From: Chloroflexota bacterium
GTDB taxonomy: Bacteria > Chloroflexota > Anaerolineae > J036 > Brachytrichaceae
Reading direction: 5' to 3'
Length of the DNA: 52,853 bases
Assembly (NCBI GenBank): GCA_017743375.1
Contig: JAGHYX010000001.1
Location: forward strand, 1 to 52,853
The position numbers and the translations under genes were made by a program. This document shows positions 31,468 to 39,508 of this stretch, one piece after another. Under the pieces are notes generated by a model. It was not told the DNA's origin. It ran no database searches and was given only the letters and a program-made list of their open reading frames with translations. Positions within the stretch are counted from its first letter, which is position 1. Every line of letters starts with the position of its first letter.

Positions 31468-31938
31468 ATGTCATCGGAGACGATCGAACAGTCGTTTGGC
31501 GTCATCCCTTTCTATCGCAAGGGCCAACGGGTTTACTTCCTGCTCGTCCAACACAACAGCGGGCACTGGTCTTTCCCGAAGGGACATCCAGAGGCCGGCG
31601 AAACCGAGGTGGACACGGCGCGCCGCGAGCTGTGCGAGGAGACCGGCATTTGCGATGTAGCGCTGCGCGCGGAGCCAGCCCTTGAAGAGGAATACACAAA
31701 GCCCGCCTGGGAGGACGCGCAACGGATTGCGACCAAGCGCGTGCGCTACTTCCTCGGCGAAGTGCGCAACCCGCAGGTGCGCCTTCAGCGCGCTGAGATA
31801 CAAGATTACTGCTGGGCGCCCTACGAGGAAGCGCGCGAGATCCTCACGTACGAGAGCAGCCGGCGCTTGCTCGAGCGCGCTGCCCAAGCGCTCGGCCTAA
31901 TCAAACAAGCGCACGACGACCTCCGCGCCGGCGGGTAG
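31468..31938 (+). CDS. NUDIX hydrolase (Ap4A hydrolase-like)
   Basis: HWSFPKGHPEAGETEVDTARRELCEETG Nudix box. Confidence 0.92.
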   Translation: MSSETIEQSFGVIPFYRKGQRVYFLLVQHNSGHWSFPKGHPEAGETEVDTARRELCEETGICDVALRAEPALEEEYTKPAWEDAQRIATKRVRYFLGEVRNPQVRLQRAEIQDYCWAPYEEAREILTYESSRRLLERAAQALGLIKQAHDDLRAGG

Positions 31939-33135
31939 ATGATCCACGCCGATCGGCGCGCAAGCCATGCCGTCCGCCCGCACCAAGCCAAAGATCAGGT
32001 TTGATTTGGTGCTGATGGGGTATGCCTCATGAATCAGCGCCAGGTCGGCGCTGTGCCAGTCGTCCAGGCGCAATTTCACCGGGAACCAGTGCTCCAGATC
32101 GCGCGGCGACCGCACGTCCCCGGCCAGCCTGGCGCGGACGAGGCGGGCTTGGGGCGGGGTGTGCGCGCCTTGAATGAGCCACAACGCCGGAGCTAAGAAC
32201 AGCGTGCCGGTGATCAGCGTGCTGATCGGGTTGCCCGGCAGGCCGAACACCGGCTTCCCATCGCAGACGGCGAACAGGGTTGGCTTACCGGGACGGAACA
32301 GGATGCCGTGCGCGAGGACGCCCGGTTGACCCAGCCCGCTGATCACTTCGGGCACGAAGTCGCGCTCGCCCACCGAGCTGCCGGCGGTGAAGACGATCAC
32401 ATCGGCCTCGCGCATGGCGCGCTGGGCTGCCTCTTCAAAGGCCTCGCGCCGATCGGGCAAAATGCCGAAGTCCAACGGCACGCCGCCGTTCCGCGCTACC
32501 AACGCAGCCAGCATCGGTTGGTTGATGTTGCGCACCTGGCCTGGTTTGGTGGGGCGCTCCGCCGGCACCAACTCATCGCCGCTGGCGATCAACGCGACGC
32601 GCGGCTTGCGCCGGACGCTGATCTGCGTGATGCCGAGCGCGAGCAAGCCGCCGATCTCCTGCTCGCGCAGGCGCGCCCCGGCGCGGACGACGACTTCGCC
32701 GGCTTTGACATCCTCACCCTCTTGGATCGCGTTCTCCCCCGGCGCGAGCTGCTTTGTGATTGTGATTCGGTTGGCGCTGTCGCCCGGCAGCGCATCCTCC
32801 GCCATGACAACCGCATCCGCCCCTGGGGGCAGGTTGCCGCCCGTGGGCACAGCCATCGCTTCGCCCGGTCCGAGCGCATCAGCCGCCAGTTCGCCCATGC
32901 GCACCTCGCCGACCACGCGCAGCGTGCCGGGCGTGTCAGCCGCGCGCACGGCGTAGCCATCTACCGTGCTGCGGCGAAACTCCGGCATGGGGATTGGTGC
33001 GCGCACATCCTCGGCGAGCACGCGGTCTCGCCCTTGCGCGGTCGGGATCGCCTCGCCGGGGAGCACCACGTGGCGCAGCGCGCTGCGCAAGCGCGCCATC
33101 GCCTCTGCAGGGGGGACAAGCTCAAGTTTGCGCAT
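31897..33135 (-). CDS. moeA: Molybdopterin molybdotransferase MoeA
   Basis: STVDGYAV, TGG..PPGADAVVM, SGDEL, RPGKPT, GLPGNP motifs; start ATG 33135 after GAGAGG. Confidence 0.95.
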   Translation of the reverse strand: MRKLELVPPAEAMARLRSALRHVVLPGEAIPTAQGRDRVLAEDVRAPIPMPEFRRSTVDGYAVRAADTPGTLRVVGEVRMGELAADALGPGEAMAVPTGGNLPPGADAVVMAEDALPGDSANRITITKQLAPGENAIQEGEDVKAGEVVVRAGARLREQEIGGLLALGITQISVRRKPRVALIASGDELVPAERPTKPGQVRNINQPMLAALVARNGGVPLDFGILPDRREAFEEAAQRAMREADVIVFTAGSSVGERDFVPEVISGLGQPGVLAHGILFRPGKPTLFAVCDGKPVFGLPGNPISTLITGTLFLAPALWLIQGAHTPPQARLVRARLAGDVRSPRDLEHWFPVKLRLDDWHSADLALIHEAYPISTKSNLIFGLVRADGMACAPIGVDHLPAGAEVVVRLFD

Positions 33136-33188
33136 GCCTCTCAGAAAGCGAAAAGCCCCGGAGCGCTCATTGCCTCTGCGCGACCGAT

Positions 33189-34328
33189 TCACACAACGGT
33201 GCTGCGTTGTTGACGCAGCTCCCTCTGCCGGCGCATGAACATCAGCACGGTGAACGCCTCGCTGATGTCATCCAGGTTCACCAAGCCCAGGTAGCGCGTG
33301 CCATCGAAGACGGCTGCCAACTGCGCGCCGTTGGCTATCAGCAGGTCGCGGACTTCATCCAACGACCGATGCGCCTCGACGCGCAGGAAGTCGCGCTGCA
33401 TAATCTCGGTCACGTAGCGGTCAATAGGATCTTCGGCCAGGGCGCGCAGCACGTCGTTGCGGGTGACGACGCCGATGATCGTGTTGCCCTGCATCACGGC
33501 GAAGTCCGGTTGGTAGCTGGTCAGGATGTAGTCCACCACCTTGCTCACCCGATCGCCGATCTCTAGGCTCAGCGCGTGTTTGTTATACGCATCGCCGACC
33601 TTTAGGCTGGTGAGGACGTTCTTGGACTCGGCGACAACGCGCTCCTGGCCGGCGCTGAAGAAGATAAACAGCGCAATCAGCGTGAGCAGAAGCTGGCCGT
33701 TAACGATGCCCAGGATGCCGAGGAGCACTGCTGCTATCTGCCCCACCGTGGTGGCGATGCGTGTCGCGCGCGTCTGACCTAGCCCCATCGCCAGCACTGC
33801 CCGCAGGATGCGTCCGCCATCCAGCGGGAAGGCCGGGACGAGGTTGAACAGCGTGAGTGTGATGTTCAGGAACAGTAACCACAGCAGCATGGTGGCGAGC
33901 GACGGGTCTCGCAGCACCGCCAACACCGCCGGCGCGTCGAGGAAGTTCACGCCGAGGCCGCCTGTGACGAAGAAGAGAATGGTTGCGATCACCACGTTGA
34001 CCAGCGGCCCCGCCGCTGCGATCACCAGCTCGTGCCAGGGTTTATCAGGGTTGCGAGAGATGAACGCCACACCACCCAGCGGATAGAGCACGATCTCGCG
34101 CACGGGGATGTCGAACACCTGCGCAGCGATGCTGTGCCCAAGCTCGTGGAGCGTGACGCAGGTGAACAGCAAGATCATCAATACAACGCCGAACAGCGCT
34201 CCCTCCAGCGGGTTATCCGGCACATTGCCAGCCCACTGCAGCGCGCCGAAGATCAAGATCAGGAAGAACGTGATGTGTACCTTGATGTCTATGCCGCGCA
34301 CGCGCGCGATGCGAAACGACCAACTCAT
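33189..34328 (-). CDS. Site-2 protease (M50) with tandem CBS domains
   Basis: HELGH, AGP, FNLVPAFPLDGGR motifs and a C-terminal CBS pair. Confidence 0.93.
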   Translation of the reverse strand: MSWSFRIARVRGIDIKVHITFFLILIFGALQWAGNVPDNPLEGALFGVVLMILLFTCVTLHELGHSIAAQVFDIPVREIVLYPLGGVAFISRNPDKPWHELVIAAAGPLVNVVIATILFFVTGGLGVNFLDAPAVLAVLRDPSLATMLLWLLFLNITLTLFNLVPAFPLDGGRILRAVLAMGLGQTRATRIATTVGQIAAVLLGILGIVNGQLLLTLIALFIFFSAGQERVVAESKNVLTSLKVGDAYNKHALSLEIGDRVSKVVDYILTSYQPDFAVMQGNTIIGVVTRNDVLRALAEDPIDRYVTEIMQRDFLRVEAHRSLDEVRDLLIANGAQLAAVFDGTRYLGLVNLDDISEAFTVLMFMRRQRELRQQRSTVV

Positions 34329-34374
34329 GGCGAAACCTCCAAGTTTAGAAAGCTTACCCAGACCAGTTACTCCG

Positions 34375-34468
34375 GCGTGCGTTCACCAGTATCGGCAAGC
34401 CGCTGACCGGCGATTGTCATCTACAGCGGGTGGGCGAAGGCGCCGCCTTCGCCCACCTCAATGTACCC
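34375..34468 (-). mobile_element. MITE-like repeat variant
   Basis: GCGTGCGTTCAC left end; palindrome GGTGGGCGAAGGCG-C-CGCCTTCGCCCACC (34429-34457); AATGTACCC right end. Confidence 0.65.
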
Positions 34469-34522
34469 CTACACTTTAGGCGTGCTCTATTAGAAACAAC
34501 GCATCAGAAAGCTAGAAAGCCA

Positions 34523-35524
34523 TTACAGCCGCTCCAGAATCGCCTCGACCACTGCTTGGGTGGTGGCCTGCCCGCCGAGATCCGGCGTGCGGGCGCCGCC
34601 CTCAACCGCAGCGTAGGTCGCCTGCTCGATGCGCTCAGCGAGTGCAGAGAGTTGCCAGTGATGGCGCAGCAGCAAGGCGGCGCTCAAGATGGCGCCACAC
34701 GGATTGGCGATGCCCTTGCCGGCGATGTCCGGTGCGCTGCCGTGCACCGGCTCGGCGATCGCGACATCCTCTCCCAAGTTCAGTGAGGGCGCCATGCCCA
34801 TCCCGCCGCCCCACACGCTGGCTATATCGCTCAAGATGTCACCGAAGAGGTTCGTCGTCACGATGACGTCGAATTGATCAGGGCGGGCGGCCAGCATCAT
34901 CGCCGCTGTGTCCACCAGCATCTCGCTGATTGCCACCTGGGGGTAGCTCGCGCCCACCTCGCGCACGGCATCTCGAAACAGGCCGTCGGTGATCGGCAGG
35001 ATGTTGGCTTTGTGCACGATGGTCACGCTCCGGCGCGGGCGCTGGTTGGCCAGCGTGAAGGCCACGCGGGCGATGCGCTCCGACGCAGCGCGGGTGATCA
35101 CCCGCTCGGCGATCGCCTCCTCGCCCTGCATGCGCTCCCGACCGGCGTATAAGTCTTGGGTGTTCTCGCGCACGATCACAAGGTCAACGTGCGCGGCGCG
35201 CGGGTCGCTGCCGGGCAGCCCGCGGGTCGGGCGCAGGTTAGCGTATAGGCCGAAGCGCTGGCGCAGTTGCACGATCGGGCTGCGGTAGCCCTCGACGCGC
35301 CTGGTGGGCGAGGACACCGCCCCAAACAAGGCGGCGCCGCATTCGGCGACAGCCTCCATGGTGTGCTGGGGTAATGGGTTGCCGGTCCGCTGAAAGCACG
35401 CCCAGCCGGCCTCTGCCTCAACCACCTCTAGATTGGGCAGGACGCGCTGTAGCACTTGGAGCGCACAAGGAATGACCTCTTGACCTACGCCATCGCCGGG
35501 GATGACGCACAGACGATAAGCCAT
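34523..35524 (-). CDS. Isocitrate/isopropylmalate dehydrogenase family, probably homoisocitrate dehydrogenase
   Basis: PGDGVG, LYANLRP, VRENT, HKAN, NLFGDILSD, EPVHGSAPDIAG; N-terminus MAYR..EAGW..SPTR resembles Thermus HICDH from memory. Confidence 0.8.
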   Translation of the reverse strand: MAYRLCVIPGDGVGQEVIPCALQVLQRVLPNLEVVEAEAGWACFQRTGNPLPQHTMEAVAECGAALFGAVSSPTRRVEGYRSPIVQLRQRFGLYANLRPTRGLPGSDPRAAHVDLVIVRENTQDLYAGRERMQGEEAIAERVITRAASERIARVAFTLANQRPRRSVTIVHKANILPITDGLFRDAVREVGASYPQVAISEMLVDTAAMMLAARPDQFDVIVTTNLFGDILSDIASVWGGGMGMAPSLNLGEDVAIAEPVHGSAPDIAGKGIANPCGAILSAALLLRHHWQLSALAERIEQATYAAVEGGARTPDLGGQATTQAVVEAILERL

Positions 35525-35556
35525 AGCCTCGGATTATGCACAACGGAAAAACTGTG

Positions 35557-35683
35557 GGGCGCATTCACAGCTAGGGGCAGAGCCCTGGGTGGGCGACGGC
35601 ACTGCCGTCGCCCACCCTCTATAGATTCGCCTTCGCTGGCAGCATAGCTTGGTAGAAGATTGCCCCTATTGGTGAATGCACCC
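35557..35683 (+). mobile_element. MITE-like repeat, best-preserved copy (127 bp) with a perfect 8-bp TSD
   Basis: TIRs GGGCGCATTCAC / GTGAATGCACCC; AAACTGTG at 35549-35556 and 35684-35691; palindrome at 35587-35617. Confidence 0.9.
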
Positions 35684-35690
35684 AAACTGT

Positions 35691-35804
35691 GCACGCGTTC
35701 AGAAGCAGACGTTTGGGTTGGGCGACGACAATCCCATCGCTAGACTTGTCTTTGTCAGCAGCAGGGCCTGTTGCAAAGGGTTATGCATGCTGGCGAACGC
35801 GCCC
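35691..35804 (+). mobile_element. Degenerate adjacent MITE copy
   Basis: GGGTTGGGCGACGAC, TAGACTTG..GCAGCA and terminal GCGAACGCGCCC are colinear with the neighbouring copy. Confidence 0.55.
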
Positions 35805-35866
35805 TGCACAATTGTTAAAGCCAAGTTAGGTTACACTTGCTTGACCAAAGCTGAGGACATAGCGAT

Positions 35867-36295
35867 ATGGAAGGCATGACCGTCCGAGATGCCATGCACC
35901 GTGGCGTGGTCACTTGCGATTCATCAACCAGCGTGCGCGATGCGGTGCGGCTGATGAACGAGAAGCGCCTGCGCTCGCTGGTCGTGGTGGATTTCGATTG
36001 CGCGCTGGCCGGCATCATTACTGAGATGGACATTGTGGCCGCGCGCTTGGTCCATGAGGGCAGCAAGCCCTGGGACCAGCTCACCGTCGGCGAGATCATG
36101 ACCAACCGAGTGTTAACGGTTACCCCCGATACGTCCTTAAAAGAAGCTGCGAAGATCCTGGTGAGCCATCGCATCCACCGCCTGGTGGTCGCCGAGTCGG
36201 ATGACATGTGCACCCCCATCGGCATCCTCTCGCTGGGTGACATCATGCGCTACCTGGAGCGCGTAGAGTCGGCGGGAGAGCGCAAAGAACAATAA
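35867..36295 (+). CDS. CBS-domain pair protein
   Basis: VRDAM, GIITEMDI, VGEIMT, GILSLGDI motifs. Confidence 0.92.
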   Translation: MEGMTVRDAMHRGVVTCDSSTSVRDAVRLMNEKRLRSLVVVDFDCALAGIITEMDIVAARLVHEGSKPWDQLTVGEIMTNRVLTVTPDTSLKEAAKILVSHRIHRLVVAESDDMCTPIGILSLGDIMRYLERVESAGERKEQ

Positions 36296-36340
36296 CCGAA
36301 AGGGGCGACCGCTTGCGCGCTGCTCACCGGCTGAAGTAGG

Positions 36341-36392
36341 GGGTGGGCGACGGCACTGCCGTCGCCCACCCAGCGTTCTACCGAATGCACAC
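36341..36392. repeat. Partial MITE-like copy between convergent genes
   Basis: Perfect 31-bp palindrome at 36341-36371, then CCGAATGCACAC. Confidence 0.75.
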
Positions 36393-36452
36393 TCCCCGCC
36401 TGGCCTCGTCACCCCAGAGGAGGAATACTCAACTTATCACTCTCCGGACAGT

Positions 36453-37658
36453 TCACTCCTCGCGCGGCACGGTGAAGTAAAAGGTCGTTCCCTTGCCTAC
36501 GGTGCTCTCGGCCCAGATCCGCCCGCCGTGCGCTTCCACGATGTGCTTGGCGATCGCCAAGCCCAGCCCGCTGCCCCCCTGGCCGCGCGCGCGATCTACT
36601 TTGTAGAAGCGCTCAAAAATGCGCGGCAGCTCCTCGCGCGGGATGCCCACCCCCGTGTCGCGCACGCCGACGACCCACACATCCTCCGGCGTCAGGTCCA
36701 CCTCCGCCAGCGCGACGCGCAGCTTGGCGAGCTGAGCGACCGCCTCTTGTGCGGAGAGCACGAACACCGTCGCGCCACCCGCGGGCGTGAACTTGATCGC
36801 GTTGTGCAGGAGGTTGGAGAGCACGCGCTGAATCTGGGCCGGGTCGAACAGGCCGTATAAGTGCTCCGGGATCTCGTTGACCAAGCGCAAGCCGGCGCTC
36901 TCCGCCTGCGGCAACAGCCGATGGATCACCGTGTTCGCCACCTGATAGAGCGACGCGCGCACCATCCGCATCGGCACCTGCCCTGCCTCGATCTGCGCCA
37001 GTTCAGAAAGCTCCTGGACCAGTTGGGTGAGCGAGGTCACCTGGGCATCCATATGGGCGATCAGGCGCTGGGGGTTCGGCGGGATAGCAGCCGCCTCCAG
37101 GCGCAGCGATTCCAGCAATAGGCCAATCGTCGCCAGCGGCGTGCGCAGCTCGTGCGAGATGTTGGCCACGAAGTCGCGCCGCGCGCGCCCCAGGCGCTGA
37201 AGCTCGCTAATGTCGCGCAGCACCAGGACTGCACCGCCGTTGTAGCGAACCGCCCGCGCCCGAAATAGGCGCTGGTCAATGTAGAAATCGCGCGGCAACT
37301 CGCAGCGCGCGTTCAGCGCATCGCCGGCCAGGCTATCCAGCTCGTGCGAGCGGATGGCCTCGATCAGCGTCTGGCCAGCTTTGCACAGGCCCAGCCGCTT
37401 GGCGATTTCATTGCCGGCCATGATGCGCCGCCGTCCATCTATCACCAGCAGCGGGTCAAAGATCGCCTCGCTCAGCGCGTCCTTCAGTGCGCAGCACTCG
37501 GTGGCCTCGCGCGCCAGCGCATCGCACTGCTGACGGAGCTGCCGGTGCTGGTCGCTCAGCGCATCCAGCTCATTCGTCAGCCGGCGGACGCGCATCAATA
37601 ACAGCATCACGGCGGCAAACGAGACGCCGATCACGCCGAACATGAAGGCTGTGTCCAT
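36453..37658 (-). CDS. Sensor histidine kinase (PhoR/WalK-like)
   Basis: ISHELRTPL, NLLHNAIKFT, DTGVGI, FERFYKVD, GSGLGLAI motifs; single N-terminal TM helix. Confidence 0.95.
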   Translation of the reverse strand: MDTAFMFGVIGVSFAAVMLLLMRVRRLTNELDALSDQHRQLRQQCDALAREATECCALKDALSEAIFDPLLVIDGRRRIMAGNEIAKRLGLCKAGQTLIEAIRSHELDSLAGDALNARCELPRDFYIDQRLFRARAVRYNGGAVLVLRDISELQRLGRARRDFVANISHELRTPLATIGLLLESLRLEAAAIPPNPQRLIAHMDAQVTSLTQLVQELSELAQIEAGQVPMRMVRASLYQVANTVIHRLLPQAESAGLRLVNEIPEHLYGLFDPAQIQRVLSNLLHNAIKFTPAGGATVFVLSAQEAVAQLAKLRVALAEVDLTPEDVWVVGVRDTGVGIPREELPRIFERFYKVDRARGQGGSGLGLAIAKHIVEAHGGRIWAESTVGKGTTFYFTVPREE

Positions 37659-37664
37659 CCTGAC

Positions 37665-37916
37665 TTACGCTGGCGAGGAAGTGGCACTGCGCCCGACCCG
37701 GAGATAAAACAGCGCGCCAAGCGTCGCAAGCAACGCGACCCCCGCCGCCAGCAGCGCCCAAGCCGGCAGCGGGCGGGCGACCGGCAAACGCATCAGCTCC
37801 TCCTTCGCGCGCGAGACGAACTCCGGCCGCGGCGCCACCGGCGTCATCGCTTGGCCCAGCGCTTGTTCTAGCCAAGCCACATCTTCGGCGCTGAGAACAG
37901 CCCTTGAACCAGCCAT
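37665..37916 (-). CDS. Small single-TM protein, putative anti-sigma factor
   Basis: ATG overlaps the sigma stop codon; PRPEF motif and C-terminal TM helix. Confidence 0.65.
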   Translation of the reverse strand: MAGSRAVLSAEDVAWLEQALGQAMTPVAPRPEFVSRAKEELMRLPVARPLPAWALLAAGVALLATLGALFYLRVGRSATSSPA

Positions 37917-38533
37917 CAGTCTAATTCTGCCATAATCTGGCGCAGTTGCAATAAAGTACGGTGATACAGCGACTTGATTGCCCCCTCGCTCCGGTTCATG
38001 ATCTGACCGATCTCCGCATTTTGCAATTGTTCCACAAACTTCAACACGAGCAGATGTTGGCGCTCAGGCGGCAGTTTGCGCACCGCCCGCAGCAGCCGCG
38101 CCCGCTCCCGCTCGCGGTCTATCCGCTGTTCGTGGTCGTCCTCGTTGGCTGCGCTGCCCAGCGCATCCACCTCCTCCAGCGGCACCGATGGCCGCCGGCT
38201 GTTGTCGCGATGGAAGTTTGCCACCACGTTGTGCGCGATGCGATACAGCCAGGCGGTGAAGGGCAACCCACGGTCGTCGTAATTGTGAATGTGGCGCAGC
38301 GCGCGGGCGAAGACGCGCGCGGTCAGGTCCTCGGCATCCTCGACGTTGCCTACTCGATAGAACACATAGCGATAGATTGCCGCCACGTGTCGCTCGTAGA
38401 GCACGCCGAAGGCTTGGCGCTCGCGCCTAGCCCGCCGGACCAGTTCCTGGTCGCTGAGCGCCTCCAGCGGTTCGGCAGGAGACGTCGGCTGGCGCGCTTC
38501 CTCAACAACAAGGACGCGGTCGTGGGCGTTCAC
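37916..38533 (-). CDS. ECF sigma-70 factor
   Basis: AEDLTARVF, AWLYRIAHN (region 2); EIGQIMNRSEGAIKS (region 4). Confidence 0.95.
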   Translation of the reverse strand: MNAHDRVLVVEEARQPTSPAEPLEALSDQELVRRARRERQAFGVLYERHVAAIYRYVFYRVGNVEDAEDLTARVFARALRHIHNYDDRGLPFTAWLYRIAHNVVANFHRDNSRRPSVPLEEVDALGSAANEDDHEQRIDRERERARLLRAVRKLPPERQHLLVLKFVEQLQNAEIGQIMNRSEGAIKSLYHRTLLQLRQIMAELD

Positions 38534-38547
38534 GAGTGGCTCAGAAA

Positions 38548-38555
38548 ATTATAAT
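38548..38555. promoter_or_regulatory. Palindromic ATTATAAT giving a TATAAT -10 element on both strands
   Basis: Centred in the 33-bp gap between two divergent genes. Confidence 0.65.
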
Positions 38556-38566
38556 GTTCGCTGCCC

Positions 38567-39508
38567 ATGCTCATCTCGGTGGTCATTCCCAACTGGAATG
38601 GCGCCCACCATCTCCCGACCTGCCTCGGCGCGCTGCGCCGGCAGACCCTCCCCCCGCTCGAAGTGATCCTGGTGGACAATGCCTCCACTGACGACTCCCG
38701 CCGGCTGGTGCGCGCGCACTTCCCGGAGGTCAGGTTGCTGGCGCTGCCGGAGAACCGCCGCTTCGCCGGCGCGTGCAACGCCGGCATCCGCGCCGCCAGC
38801 CAAGCCGCCGAGGCGATCGCCCTCTTGAATAACGACACCGAGGCCGACCCGCGCTGGCTAGAGAACGCGGCGCGCTGCCTGCGGGAACATCCCGACGCCG
38901 GCGCTGTGGCCAGCAAGGTGCGCCTGTTCGACCGACGCGAATACTTGCACAGCGCCGGCGACTTCTACTCGGTGCGCGGCGTGCCGGGCAACCGCGGGGT
39001 CTGGCAGCGCGACGATGGCCGCTTCGACGCAGAGTACGTCTTCGGCGCGTGCGGCGCGGCGGCGATCTACCGGCGCACGATGCTTGAGGCGATCGGCCTG
39101 CTGGACGAGCGCTTCGAGTTCTCCTGTGAGGACGTGGATCTGGCCTGGCGGGCGCAACTGGCCGGCTATCGCTGCGCGCTGGCCCACGACGCGATCGTGT
39201 ATCACAAAGTCAGCGCCACCGGCGGCGGCGTGCTGAACAGCTTCTACGATGGGCGCAACTTCATCTGGCTGCTGGCCAAGGACGTGCCGGCTGAGGTGTG
39301 GCGCGCGTACTGGCCCGCCATCCTGCGCGAGCAATGGCGGATCGCATGGGACGCGCTGCGCGCCTGGCGCGGGCAGGCTGCCCGCAACCGCCTGAAGGGC
39401 CAGCTCGCCGGCCTGCTCGGCCTGCCGCGCATGTTGCGCGCCCGCCGCGAGGTCCAGCGCCGGCGGACGATCTCATCTGAGGCGCTGCGCGCCCTGCTCG
39501 ACCCCTAA
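38567..39508 (+). CDS. Glycosyltransferase family 2
   Basis: SVVIPNWNG, VDNASTD, LLNNDT, EDVDLAWR motifs. Confidence 0.93.
   Translation: MLISVVIPNWNGAHHLPTCLGALRRQTLPPLEVILVDNASTDDSRRLVRAHFPEVRLLALPENRRFAGACNAGIRAASQAAEAIALLNNDTEADPRWLENAARCLREHPDAGAVASKVRLFDRREYLHSAGDFYSVRGVPGNRGVWQRDDGRFDAEYVFGACGAAAIYRRTMLEAIGLLDERFEFSCEDVDLAWRAQLAGYRCALAHDAIVYHKVSATGGGVLNSFYDGRNFIWLLAKDVPAEVWRAYWPAILREQWRIAWDALRAWRGQAARNRLKGQLAGLLGLPRMLRARREVQRRRTISSEALRALLDP

Noticed and set aside
35537-35812. Nested insertion inside an older element, suggested by TGCACAAC/TGCACAAT flanks
   Set aside because: The left end lacks a TIR and the degenerate copy aligns from 35691, so adjacent copies are the simpler reading
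3149-36371. Recurrent 31-bp palindrome as a CRISPR repeat
   Set aside because: Copies are single, kilobases apart, embedded in TIR-bounded units; no spacers or cas genes
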